From: Vicinamibacteria bacterium
GTDB lineage: Bacteria > Acidobacteriota > Vicinamibacteria > Fen-336
Assembly: GCA_035691285.1 (NCBI GenBank)
Contig: DASSJI010000156.1
Span: 17,858 to 81,857, forward strand
Length of the DNA: 64,000 nt
Reading direction: 5' to 3'
This document shows positions 1 to 8,872 of this stretch, piece by piece (within the stretch, counting starts at the first letter, position 1; every line of letters starts with the position of its first letter). The notes below the pieces were generated by a model that did no database searches, was not told the DNA's origin, and saw only the letters and a program-made list of their open reading frames with translations. Position numbers and translations under genes: made by a program.

Positions 1-1367
1 TCGATCTCGGCGCTCGCCTCGATCGCCCGGTCCAGCTCCGGGTCGGCGAGCCCGAGCTCGTTGCTGCGGCCCAGGCGCCGGCTCGGGTCGGGCGAGTGGA
101 GGAAGTCCGCGAGGAACTCGTAGGCGTCGCCGCTGATGCAGGCGACGCGATCCAGCCACACGCTGGCCTCCCGGCGGCGCAGCGCCTCGAAGAACTCGGC
201 GTCGGGGAGGGCCTCGACGTCGAGACGCACGCCGAGAGCGCGGAGGTCGGCGGCGACGAGCCGCGCCGGCTCCTCGAGGACGTGGCGAGTGTGGAGCACG
301 CCGGCGAAGCCCCCGCCCAGGCCCGCCTGCCGCAGCAGCTCCCGGGCGGCGCCGAGGTCGTGGCGCGGCTCGGGCAGGCCCGGATGGAAGCCGAACACGG
401 AGCGCGGGACCGGCTGCGAGGCGGGCTCGGCGTCGGTCGACAGTCGGGCCACGAGCGCCACTCGATCGAGGGCGAGGTGGAGGGCGCGGCGCACGCGCCG
501 GTCGCGGAAGGGGTTTGACCGGCCCGGGACGCCGGGCGAGCGCGTCCGCGCGAGATCGAAGCCAAGGAACTTCGTATACAGGCTCTCGCGGCGGGCGACG
601 CCGAAGCGGGCGGCGTCGGCGAGGGAGACCCGGTGCCCCTGGGCCTCGGCCAGGGCGGTCCGCCCGAGCCGCACGGCCTCGAGGGCCGCACGAGGAGGAA
701 GGCCCAGGTCGTACTCCGCGCGGAGAAACGGCGCCTCAGGGCCCCAATAGCCCTCGAAGCGGGTGAGGCTCAGGCGCCGCGCGCTCCAGGCCTCGATCCG
801 GTAGGGACCGGTGCCGATGCCTTCGGGTCCCCGCGCTCCGTGCGGCAGGATCAACACGCCCGTGAGCTTCTGCAGGAACGTGCGGTCCGGCTCGCGTGTC
901 CGAAGCTCGAGCGTGACGTCATCACGGACGCGGACCTCCTCGACGCCGCTCAGCTTCTTGCCCATCTCGAGGAGCGGGTCGCCCCGCAGGCGCGCGAGGG
1001 ACGCCGCCACGTCGGCCGCCGAGAAGGGGCGGCCGTCGTGGAACGCGACTCCGCGCCGCAGGCGGAAGATCCAGGTCCGCGGGTCGGGGTTCTCCCAGGC
1101 GTGCGCCAGGCGCGGCACGAGCTTCATATCCGTGTCGGTCGCGACGAGCGGCTCGTAGACGTTGGAGAGCAGCGCCGAGTTGCTGAGCGTGTCCTCGCGG
1201 TGGGGATCGAGGCTCGTCAGCTCGTAGGAGGCTCCGATGCGGAGCACATCGTCGCTCGGCCCTCGAGGGCCGACGCAGGTCGCAAGGCACAGCGCGCCCG
1301 TGACGCTCGCCGCCCGGCTCAGGATTGATGTCGGCACGCCGCGAAGACCTCCGCCGCGAGAAGACAT
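1..1367 (-). CDS. ABC transporter substrate-binding protein, family 5 (Opp/Dpp/Nik-like), partial; C-terminus lies beyond the window edge
   Basis: My own minus-strand translation from ATG 1367..1365 gives MSSRGGGLRGVPTSILSRAASVTGALCLATCVGPRGPSDDVLRIGASYELTSLDPHREDTLSNSALLSNVYEPLVATDTDMKLVPRLAHAWENPDPRTWIFRLRRGVAFHDGRP..., a typical SBP_bac_5 N-terminus with a lipoprotein-like signal. The frame stays open to position 1, so it is absent from the ORF track. Plus-strand ORFs 96..518, 136..750 and 633..1328 are its antisense shadows. Confidence 0.6.
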   Translation of the reverse strand, partial: MSSRGGGLRGVPTSILSRAASVTGALCLATCVGPRGPSDDVLRIGASYELTSLDPHREDTLSNSALLSNVYEPLVATDTDMKLVPRLAHAWENPDPRTWIFRLRRGVAFHDGRPFSAADVAASLARLRGDPLLEMGKKLSGVEEVRVRDDVTLELRTREPDRTFLQKLTGVLILPHGARGPEGIGTGPYRIEAWSARRLSLTRFEGYWGPEAPFLRAEYDLGLPPRAALEAVRLGRTALAEAQGHRVSLADAARFGVARRESLYTKFLGFDLARTRSPGVPGRSNPFRDRRVRRALHLALDRVALVARLSTDAEPASQPVPRSVFGFHPGLPEPRHDLGAARELLRQAGLGGGFAGVLHTRHVLEEPARLVAADLRALGVRLDVEALPDAEFFEALRRREASVWLDRVACISGDAYEFLADFLHSPDPSRRLGRSNELGLADPELDRAIEASAEI

Positions 1368-1425
1368 CGGTGCCCGGGGCGGCAATATTCCGGCCTGCGA
1401 CCCTGCCGTTGTATCGTGGGATCGG

Positions 1426-1989
1426 ATGCAGGACGCCCTCCTCCTCGCGCTGGCGCTGGCGGCGGCCGACCCCAGGGAGCGGGCGCTCTGGCTCGAGGCG
1501 ACGCCCCTTCCGGCCTGGAACAAGCGGGGCGCCGAGGTGCCCAAGGCCCCCCCCGTCGAGCCGCCGAGCGACCCGCGCTGCGACGGCGCCGCGCGGCCGG
1601 CCGCCTCGAAGGAGGACCGCGCCGTCGTGTCCGCCGGCTGGTCCCTGGTCGGCGCCGCCCAGGTGTTTGCAGGCGCGCGCCTGCTCCTGGCGACGGCGGG
1701 CCACGATGGCATGTGTCGGCCCCTCGAGTTCCAGGGCTTCGTCTTCCTGGGTGGGCGCCTGGCCGGCCTGCTGTCGCCCACACCGATGCGCTCGCGCACC
1801 GACGGCGCGCTCGTCTCCGCGCGCCTTCTCTCCGAGACGACGGTGGAGGCCGAGTTCGCCCGCTACCTCGACCCGGACCCGCTGTGCTGTCCCTCGCGCA
1901 CGACGGTGGTTCACTACCGCATCGAGCCGGGCTCCGGCGAGGAAGGACCGCTGCTGGTCGCAGAGCGCTCGATCCCCGCCGCTCGCTGA
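1426..1989 (+). CDS. hypothetical exported protein (188 aa)
   Basis: Internal ATG of ORF 1237..1989. N-terminus MQDALLLALALAAADP is signal-like and the composition is not Arg-biased. It is divergent from the SBP start with a 58-bp gap. It overlaps the ggt 3' end by 76 bp on the opposite strand, so it is uncertain. Confidence 0.3.
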   Translation: MQDALLLALALAAADPRERALWLEATPLPAWNKRGAEVPKAPPVEPPSDPRCDGAARPAASKEDRAVVSAGWSLVGAAQVFAGARLLLATAGHDGMCRPLEFQGFVFLGGRLAGLLSPTPMRSRTDGALVSARLLSETTVEAEFARYLDPDPLCCPSRTTVVHYRIEPGSGEEGPLLVAERSIPAAR

Positions 1990-3683
1990 CGCGGCGGAGC
2001 CGCCCCCACGGCGCCGCTGTCGGCACCACGGCGGTCCGCGGCCCCGAGGAGCGTGCCGTCGGGCAGGCGCTGCGCCGCTTGCAGGCGGCTGCCCCACGCC
2101 CAGCCGAGCTCGAGGGCGTGGCCGCGGGCCGCCAACAGCGCGAGGCTGTCCGGGGAGAGGCCGTGCGTCTCCACGAGGATCCGGTCGGGCAGCCACTGGT
2201 GGTGGACGCGCGGTGCGTCGACGGCCTCCTGCAGGTTCATGCCGTGGTCGATCAGGTTCACGAGGACCTGCAGCACCGTGTTGATGATGGTCCGGCCGCC
2301 CGCCGCTCCCATGACCAGGAGGGCGCCGTCCTTCGTCGCGATCGCCGGCGTCATGCTGGACAGCATGCGCTTGCCCGGCGCGGCGAGATTGGGAGGCGTG
2401 CCGATCAGCCCGGTGGAGTCGGTGAGCCCCGGCCCTGGGTTGAAATCGCCCATCTCGTTGTTCAGGAGGAACCCTCCGCCGGGCACGATGCGCTTCACGC
2501 CGTAGCCGTCCTCGAGAGTGTAGGTGAGGGCCACGGCGACGCCGGCGCCGTCGATCACGGAGAAGTGGGTGGTCTCGGCGCTCTCGGCGGGCCAATCGAA
2601 GGAATCCGGCGCGGACACCGAGGCGCGGTCGTCGCGGATCGTCCCGCGCAGCGCGCTCGCGTACTCCTTCGAGGTGAGCCGCGCCCACGGAGCGGCGTCG
2701 TTGAAGTCGGGGTCGCCCAGCAGGCGGGCGCGGTCGGCGAACGCGCGCCGCATCGCCTCCGCCATGCGATGCACGGTGAGGGCGGAGCCAAAGCCCGAGG
2801 CCGCCACGTCGTAGCCCTCGAGGACGTTCAGCATCTGGAGCAGCGCCGTTCCTCCCGAGCTCGGCGGCGGCATCGACAGGATCTGCCAGCCGCGATAGCT
2901 GCCCGAGAGCGGCACGCGCTTCTTCGGCCGGTACTCCGCCAGGTCCTGCTCGGTGATCAGGCCGCCTCCGCGTTTCATCTCCTCCGCGATCAGGCGCGCG
3001 GTGAGGCCCCGGTAGAAGCCGTCCGGACCGCCGGACGCGATGCGGTCGAGGGTGCGCGCGAGATCCTCCTGCCGCAGCAGGTCTCCGGCGGCGAGCGGAC
3101 TTCCGTCCTTCGAGAACTGGGCCAGGGTGGGCGGGTGCCTGGCGAACTCCTCGCGGACGCCCAGCAGGTCGCGGGCGAGGCCGTCGCTCACCGTGAGGCC
3201 GTTCCGAGCCAGCGCGATCGCGGGCTCGATGAGGCGCTTCCAGGGGCGCGTCCCGCGCTCGCTCCAGGCCAGGTGCAGGCCGGCGACGGTGCCGGGCACG
3301 CCGACGGCGAGGAGGCTGTCGTGGTGGAGCGCCGCGTCGTAGCGGCCGTCCTTCAGGAACATCGTGGCCGTCGCGGCGGCGGGGGCCACCTCGCGGAAGT
3401 CGTAGGCGACGGCCTCGCCGGTCGCGTCGCGGACGAGCAGGAAGCCGCCGCCGCCCACGTTGCCGGCGCTCGGGTGCGTCACGGCCAGCGCGAAGGCCGT
3501 GGCGACGGCCGCGTCCACGGCGTTGCCGCCCCCGCGGAGAACGTCGGCGCCCACGCGGGCCGCGAGGGCGTCGGCGGAGACGACGATCCCGCCGCTGGCC
3601 CGGACGGGCACGGCCAGGGGCGCCTTGTCGGCGGCCGCGGGGAGGGTGCAGAGGGCGACGAGGAGGGTGAGCAGGCGCTTCAT
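1914..3683 (-). CDS. ggt: gamma-glutamyltranspeptidase (signal peptide; Thr nucleophile in TTHFSVIDGAG)
   Basis: 589-aa ORF with GGT family motifs (GNVGGGGFLLV, TTHFSV, MSSMTPAI, GAAGGRTIINTVLQ). Signal peptide MKRLLTLLVALCTLPAAA. It carries about 35 extra C-terminal residues past the conserved GGT end. Confidence 0.9.
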   Translation of the reverse strand: MKRLLTLLVALCTLPAAADKAPLAVPVRASGGIVVSADALAARVGADVLRGGGNAVDAAVATAFALAVTHPSAGNVGGGGFLLVRDATGEAVAYDFREVAPAAATATMFLKDGRYDAALHHDSLLAVGVPGTVAGLHLAWSERGTRPWKRLIEPAIALARNGLTVSDGLARDLLGVREEFARHPPTLAQFSKDGSPLAAGDLLRQEDLARTLDRIASGGPDGFYRGLTARLIAEEMKRGGGLITEQDLAEYRPKKRVPLSGSYRGWQILSMPPPSSGGTALLQMLNVLEGYDVAASGFGSALTVHRMAEAMRRAFADRARLLGDPDFNDAAPWARLTSKEYASALRGTIRDDRASVSAPDSFDWPAESAETTHFSVIDGAGVAVALTYTLEDGYGVKRIVPGGGFLLNNEMGDFNPGPGLTDSTGLIGTPPNLAAPGKRMLSSMTPAIATKDGALLVMGAAGGRTIINTVLQVLVNLIDHGMNLQEAVDAPRVHHQWLPDRILVETHGLSPDSLALLAARGHALELGWAWGSRLQAAQRLPDGTLLGAADRRGADSGAVGAAPPRQRAAGIERSATSSGPSSPEPGSMR

Positions 3684-3729
3684 ATGCGGCGGATGCTACC
3701 CTACGCCGCCCCAGCTCGGAGGTGACGCC

Positions 3730-5112
3730 GTGTTCCTCGCCCTGCTCGTGCTCGCCGCGCCGCAAGCCGACCCGCCGCGCACCCTGCGCCTCGACTACGT
3801 CCACTCGGGCAATGCCCGCGAGGAGCGCTTCGCCCTCGACGGCCTCGCCCTCGAAGGCCCGTGGCCTGGCCGTCCGGACCGCACCCTCGACGACACCAAC
3901 CTGGGGAAGTACTTCTTCGAGGTCATCGACCGCGCCACGAACCGGGTGCTCTACTCGCGCGGCTTCGCCAGCATCTACGGGGAGTGGGAGACGACCGGCG
4001 AGGCGAAGGAGCGCGACCGCGCCTTCCACGAGTCGCTGCGCTTCCCCGAGCCCGCGGGCGAGGTCCAGGTGGTGATCAAGAAGCGCGACGCGCGGAACGC
4101 GTTCCGGGAGGTGTTCCAGACGCTCGTCGATCCCAGGGACCCCGCCATCGACCGCGCGCCGCCGCCCAGGGCCGTCAAGGTGTGGGCCGTCCTGGAGAAC
4201 GGGCGCCCCCAGGACAAGGTGGACGTGCTCCTGCTCGGCGATGGCTACACCGCGGCCGAGATGGACAAGTGGCACGCCGACGCCCGAAAGATGGTGGAGC
4301 TGCTGTTCGCCCAGTCGCCGTTCAAGGAGCGCAAGGCCGACTTCAACGTCTGGGCGATCGACGTGGCCGCCGACGAGAAGGGCGTGGCGCGGCCCTCGGA
4401 CGGCGTCCACCGCCGCTCGCCGGTGGGAGCCGCCTACGACACCTTCGGGAGCGAGCGCTACGTTCTGACCATGGAGAACAAGCGCTTCCGCGAGATCGCG
4501 GCGGCGGCGCCGTACGAGTTCGTCGAGATCGTGGTCAACGACCGCAAGTACGGGGGCGGCGGCATCTTCAATCTGTATGCGACCGCCCCGGCGGACAGCC
4601 GCTGGATCCCGTACCTGTTCGTCCACGAGTTCGGCCATCACTTCGCCGGCCTCGCCGACGAGTACTACACCTCGGCCGTCGCCTACGAGAAGAAGGAGGA
4701 TCGGCCCGAGCCCTGGGAGCCCAACGCCACGGCCGACCCGAAGGCGGCCAAGTGGAGGGACCTCCTCAGCTCCGGCGTCGAGCTGCCCACGCCCTGGGAG
4801 AAGCAGCGTCTCGAGGCGCTGCAGAAGGACTTCCAGGGCCGCCGCGTGAAGATCCGCGCAGAACGCCGGCCCGAGGACGAGATGGACGCGCTCTTCGAGG
4901 AGGAACGCGAGACCGTGACCGCGCTCCTTGCGCGCGGGCCGAACGCAAGCAAGGTCGGCGCCTTCGAAGGGGCGAACTACGAGGCCGAGGGCTACTACCG
5001 CCCGCAGGCCGACTGCATCATGTTCACCCGCGACGAGGTGGGCTTCTGCGCCGTGTGCCGGCGCGCCATCGCCCGCGTGATCGACCTGTACGCCGCTCCG
5101 GCGAAGCGCTGA
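3730..5112 (+). CDS. peptidase M64 (IgA-peptidase-like zinc metalloprotease), secreted
   Basis: HEFGHHFAGLADEYY zinc-binding motif. The ORF-track N-terminus (3460..) overlaps ggt and is Arg-rich. The in-frame GTG at 3730 follows a GGAGG box and gives the signal peptide (V)FLALLVLAAPQADP. Confidence 0.8.
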   Translation: MFLALLVLAAPQADPPRTLRLDYVHSGNAREERFALDGLALEGPWPGRPDRTLDDTNLGKYFFEVIDRATNRVLYSRGFASIYGEWETTGEAKERDRAFHESLRFPEPAGEVQVVIKKRDARNAFREVFQTLVDPRDPAIDRAPPPRAVKVWAVLENGRPQDKVDVLLLGDGYTAAEMDKWHADARKMVELLFAQSPFKERKADFNVWAIDVAADEKGVARPSDGVHRRSPVGAAYDTFGSERYVLTMENKRFREIAAAAPYEFVEIVVNDRKYGGGGIFNLYATAPADSRWIPYLFVHEFGHHFAGLADEYYTSAVAYEKKEDRPEPWEPNATADPKAAKWRDLLSSGVELPTPWEKQRLEALQKDFQGRRVKIRAERRPEDEMDALFEEERETVTALLARGPNASKVGAFEGANYEAEGYYRPQADCIMFTRDEVGFCAVCRRAIARVIDLYAAPAKR

Positions 5113-5123
5113 AGGCCGCATCG

Positions 5124-5129
5124 TATAAT
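5124..5129 (+). promoter_or_regulatory. TATAAT -10-like box 9 nt upstream of the lepB-paralog start
   Basis: Sequence cgTATAATcgggggctATG. The GGGGG may act as the SD. Part of a recurrent pattern (see 12176, 39814, 40659, 49549). Confidence 0.2.
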
Positions 5130-5137
5130 CGGGGGCT

Positions 5138-5836
5138 ATGGCGAAGACGACCTTGAAGGCCCGTGCCCACCACTACTGGCGGGAGTGGGTGAAGCCGCTC
5201 CTCGTGATCGCGATCGTCCTGGGCTCCCTGCGCTCCTCGGCCGCGGACTGGAACGACGTGCCCAGCCGCTCGATGGAGCCGACCATCCTGCCCGGCGACC
5301 GCATCTTCGTGAACAAGCTGGCGTACGACCTCAAGATTCCGTTCACGACCGTACGGCTGGCCCGCTGGGGCGATCCGCGGCGCGGGGACATCGTGGTGCT
5401 GTGGTCTCCGTACGATGGCAAGCGCCTCGTCAAGCGCGTCGTCGCCGTGCCGGGCGATGTCATCGAGGCCAGGAACCAGCGCCTGAGCGTGAACGGCAGG
5501 GCCGCCGGCTACGCGCCGCTCACCGACGAGGAGCGCCAGCGCACCGCGGGCCTCGGCTACGACGCCGGCAAGGTCGCCATCGAGACCGTGGACGGCCGCA
5601 GCCATGCCGTGATGGCCGACTCCCTCGAGGGCGTCGGCGCCTCCTTCGCTCCCGTCACGGTTCCGGCGGGCAAGTACTTCCTGATGGGAGACCATCGCGA
5701 CGACAGCTTCGACTCCCGCTTCTGGGGCTTCGCCGACCGCACCGCCATCGTGGGCCGCGCCTCGGCGGTGGCCCTCTCCTTCGACTTCGGCGCCTGGCGC
5801 CCCCGCTGGAGCCGGTTCTTCTCGGCGCTGCGGTGA
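5138..5836 (+). CDS. lepB: signal peptidase I (accessory paralog)
   Basis: Ser box SRSMEPTILPGDRIFVNK, Lys box KRVVAVPGD, C-terminal GDHRDDSFDSRFWGF. N-terminal TM helix. Confidence 0.9.
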   Translation: MAKTTLKARAHHYWREWVKPLLVIAIVLGSLRSSAADWNDVPSRSMEPTILPGDRIFVNKLAYDLKIPFTTVRLARWGDPRRGDIVVLWSPYDGKRLVKRVVAVPGDVIEARNQRLSVNGRAAGYAPLTDEERQRTAGLGYDAGKVAIETVDGRSHAVMADSLEGVGASFAPVTVPAGKYFLMGDHRDDSFDSRFWGFADRTAIVGRASAVALSFDFGAWRPRWSRFFSALR

Positions 5837-6492
5837 GGCACGTCCTCGCCGTGGCCGCGCTGCTCGTCGCAACGGCCGCGGCCGCCGAGGACCTCTACCT
5901 GAGCCTCGAGGCGGCGCTGCCCGAGGCCCCGGACCTCGTGACGGAGGCTGCGCCCAAGCGCTTCGTCCTGCTCGAGGACGGCAGCGTCTACGTCGGTGGC
6001 ACTCAGAGCATCGCCGCCGGGCGGCTCGAGAAGGGCGAGCTGAAGGCCCTCGGAAAGCGCCTGGAAAAGGTGCGCAAGACGCCGGGCCTCGGCGCGAGCG
6101 TCACGTTCGGAGAGGGCGCGGCGCGCTACAGGCTCGTGGTCGCCAAGGGCAAGCCCCTCGACGTGGTCGCGAGCGGCGATCCCGCCACCGCCCCCGCGGC
6201 GCTCCGGGGCCTCGCCGGCCTGATCGCCGAGCTCGCGACGTTCCAGCACCCGTCGCTGCGCGCCTACAAGCCCGCTTCCTACGCGCTGCGCGCCCGCGAG
6301 GCGAGCCTGCCGGGCGGCTGCCGCTCGTGGTCCTTCCCGGTGCGTGTGGAGCAGGCCGTGGCGGCGGCGCAGCGTGTCCCGGCGGCGGAGGCCGCGGGAT
6401 GGCCGACCGGTGCTCAAGCGGCGTCGGTGTGCGTCGACGACCGCCGCTACGCCGTGACGCTGAGGCCGCTGCTGCCCGACGAGCGGCCGTGA
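5833..6492 (+). CDS. hypothetical secreted protein (219 aa), translationally coupled to the lepB paralog
   Basis: In-frame GTG at 5833 overlaps the lepB stop (GTGA). Signal peptide (V)RHVLAVAALLVATAAAAEDLY with an AxA cleavage site. The rest of ORF 5185..6492 is a shadow of lepB. Confidence 0.5.
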   Translation: MRHVLAVAALLVATAAAAEDLYLSLEAALPEAPDLVTEAAPKRFVLLEDGSVYVGGTQSIAAGRLEKGELKALGKRLEKVRKTPGLGASVTFGEGAARYRLVVAKGKPLDVVASGDPATAPAALRGLAGLIAELATFQHPSLRAYKPASYALRAREASLPGGCRSWSFPVRVEQAVAAAQRVPAAEAAGWPTGAQAASVCVDDRRYAVTLRPLLPDERP

Positions 6493-6502
6493 GGTCCGGC
6501 CG

Positions 6503-8770
6503 TCAGTTGACGTAGCCCAGGGCGCGGAGGTTCTCCAGGGCCTCCGGCGTCATGGGCTCCGCCGCCTCGCCGGCCGCGCGGTCGGGGCGCAGCGCGAGGA
6601 GGAAGCGCAGCAGCTCCTGGCGGTGGAAGGCCGCGCGCAGCGGGTCGCTCTCCGCGAGGTCGCGCCGCTCGTCCGGGTCGCTTCCCAGGTCGAACAGCTC
6701 GCTCTTCGGCGCTCCCTCCGGCCGCGGGGTGAGCACGAGCTTGTGGCCTCCCTGATGGATCGCGAAGACGGGCAGCGCGCCGGTGTTCCGGCTCACCGTG
6801 AACGGGCGACCCGGCGCGCCCAGGGCGACAGGAAGGAGGCTCGTGCCCCTGAACGCGCGCTGCGCGCTCGGGTCTCCGCGCACCGCCATCAGGTCGAGGA
6901 TCGTCGGCGCCATGTCCACGTGGTCCACGAGCGCGCCGACTCGCCGGCCCGCAAGCCCGAGCTCTCGCGGAAAGCGGACGACCAACGGGATCCGCACGCT
7001 CTCCTCGTACACCTGGTCGTTGTGTCCGATGAAGCCGTGCTCGCCCAGGGCCTCCCCGTGATCGGCCGTCACGATGACGACCGTCCGCTCCAGCAGTCCG
7101 GCGGCCTCGAGCCGGCTCCGGAGCCAGCCGACCTCGCGGTCGCCGTAGGCGAGCGTGCCGTCGTAGAGCGCCACCAGGCCCGGCAGCTCCTCGGGCCGCG
7201 GGTAGGGCTTCTTCGGAGTCGTGCGCACGAAGCGCATGGCGCGTCCGGCCGAAACCGGCTGCGCTCCGGGCGGCAGGAACATGCCGGGGAACGGCGGCGG
7301 CGGGTTGTAGGGAACGTGCGGTTCCTTGTAGTGCACGTAGAGGAAGAAGCGGCCCCGCCCCTTGGCCTCGGCGACGAAGCGCTCGAGCAGCGGGCGAAAG
7401 CTCTCGGCGCCGACGAGGCCCGAGCCGCGATACAGGCGGTGGTACTCGCGGAAGCCCGCGTCGTAGCCCAGCCCGGGCTCGGCGTTGGCGTTCGCGACGA
7501 AGCCCGCGGTGTGCACGCCCCTCGCGGCCAGCACCTGGGCGAGACGCAGCCTCTCGGCGGGCAGTCGTCGCCGCGTGTTGAAGCCGCTCTCGTTCTCGTC
7601 GGGGTACTGCGAGGTCCACAGCGAGGCCATGGCCACCCGGGTGTTCGGCGCGGGCGAATGCGCCCGCTCGAACACGACCCCATCTGCCGCCAGGCGATCC
7701 ACCTCGGGCGTCGTCGGCCTCGGGTAGCCGTAGCAGCCGAAGTGCTTGGCAGAGCCCGCGTCCATGATCACGAGGACGACGTTCACGCCGCCGAGCGCGG
7801 CCCGGGCGCGCGCGAGCGCCGCGGCGTCGGGTTCGGTGTGGCTGCCGCCCTGCTCGCCGAATCCGACGACGCGCGGGGCCTCCCACACGCCCCACGTCGG
7901 CGCGCCGTCCCGACCCTGCACCTCGAGGCCGAGGAGGGCCAGCTCGCCCGCGGCGACGGGAAGGGCGACGTCGGCGGCGGCTCCTCCCGCGCCGCTCCAC
8001 AGCTCGCGCGCCTCCGCTCCGGCGCCCAGCGTCACGCGGAACGCCGCCTCCGACCCGCCCGGCGTCCTCGTCCGAAGCAGCACGCGCGCTCCGGCGGGGA
8101 GTCGGATGGCGTACGTCAGGCGGCTCGGCCCCGCTTGGATCAGGGACGGCACGCCCCGATCCTCGGTCGCCTGCAGCGCGGGCCCCGACGCGGGGTCTGC
8201 CAGCCGCCTCAGCCACGGATCCTCGGCTGGACCGTAGGCCAGCGCGAAGAGACGCGCGGACGCGGCCGTGCCGTCGGGCGCGGGCTCCGGCCCCTTCTCG
8301 AAGACGAGGCGCAGGCGATTGGTGCGGGCCTTCTGCAGCGACCTGGGCAGGCGGATGGCGTAGCGACGGCGCCCGTCCGCGAGCGCGACAGCGTCGAGGT
8401 CGTGACCGTTGAAGGAAGGCCGGAGCCTCCCGCGAGCCGCGTCGGTGGACGGCTCGAGGTCGAGGACCGCGACCCGCTCCGCCGCTTCCTTCCAATGCAG
8501 CGCGACCTGGCACGCGCGCTCGACCTCCACGGACGGTCCCTGGCTCTCGCGGACGACCGAGAGGAACCCGCTCTCCTCGACGGCCCCCGTGGCCGGTGTG
8601 CCGAAATGCAGGAGCCGCTGCGGGAACTCGGCGTCGGCCGCGTGGGCGCCCCTGGCGAGGTCGTAGACGACCTGCGCCCGAGCCGCTTCGCGGGCGGGCG
8701 GCGACGCAGGTGCGCAGGCGCTGCCTGCGAAGAGCCCTGCAACGACCCACGCGAGCGACCGCCGGCGCAT
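6503..8770 (-). CDS. sulfatase-family (alkaline phosphatase superfamily) hydrolase with about 300-aa N-terminal extra domain
   Basis: VVLVIMDAGSAKHFGCYGYPRPTTPEVDRLAADGVVF..., TADHGEALGEHGFIGHNDQVYEESVRIPLVV, and a sulfatase-like core. A canonical C/S-x-P-x-R formylglycine motif is not evident (AHSPAPNTRVAM). Signal peptide MRRRSLAWVVAGLFAGSACA. Confidence 0.75.
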   Translation of the reverse strand: MRRRSLAWVVAGLFAGSACAPASPPAREAARAQVVYDLARGAHAADAEFPQRLLHFGTPATGAVEESGFLSVVRESQGPSVEVERACQVALHWKEAAERVAVLDLEPSTDAARGRLRPSFNGHDLDAVALADGRRRYAIRLPRSLQKARTNRLRLVFEKGPEPAPDGTAASARLFALAYGPAEDPWLRRLADPASGPALQATEDRGVPSLIQAGPSRLTYAIRLPAGARVLLRTRTPGGSEAAFRVTLGAGAEARELWSGAGGAAADVALPVAAGELALLGLEVQGRDGAPTWGVWEAPRVVGFGEQGGSHTEPDAAALARARAALGGVNVVLVIMDAGSAKHFGCYGYPRPTTPEVDRLAADGVVFERAHSPAPNTRVAMASLWTSQYPDENESGFNTRRRLPAERLRLAQVLAARGVHTAGFVANANAEPGLGYDAGFREYHRLYRGSGLVGAESFRPLLERFVAEAKGRGRFFLYVHYKEPHVPYNPPPPFPGMFLPPGAQPVSAGRAMRFVRTTPKKPYPRPEELPGLVALYDGTLAYGDREVGWLRSRLEAAGLLERTVVIVTADHGEALGEHGFIGHNDQVYEESVRIPLVVRFPRELGLAGRRVGALVDHVDMAPTILDLMAVRGDPSAQRAFRGTSLLPVALGAPGRPFTVSRNTGALPVFAIHQGGHKLVLTPRPEGAPKSELFDLGSDPDERRDLAESDPLRAAFHRQELLRFLLALRPDRAAGEAAEPMTPEALENLRALGYVN

Positions 8771-8793
8771 CCCGCGAACTATAAGGCCTTGTC

Positions 8794-8821
8794 TTGACGC
8801 CGCGCCGGGCCGTGCTATAGT
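8794..8821 (+). promoter_or_regulatory. sigma70-like promoter for rho (TTGACG, 16-nt spacer, TATAGT)
   Basis: -35 TTGACG at 8794..8799 and -10 TATAGT at 8816..8821, in the 98-bp divergent region between the sulfatase and rho genes. Confidence 0.35.
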
Positions 8822-8839
8822 GCCGGACGGAGGTCGTCG

Positions 8840-8872
8840 ATGACCGCAACGCCGGTGGCGGGCCGCCGATGA
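8840..8872 (+). CDS. putative 10-codon leader uORF (MTATPVAGRR) overlapping the rho start
   Basis: GGAGG at 8829..8833, ATG at 8840, and stop TGA 8870..8872 overlapping the rho ATG 8869..8871 (ATGA). Too short for the ORF track; read directly from the sequence. Confidence 0.25.
   Translation: MTATPVAGRR

Noticed and set aside
922-5121. 1399-aa minus-strand ORF spanning ggt and the M64 gene
   Set aside because: Extremely Arg/Pro/Gly-rich low-complexity translation. It is antisense to well-supported genes, a classic high-GC shadow ORF.
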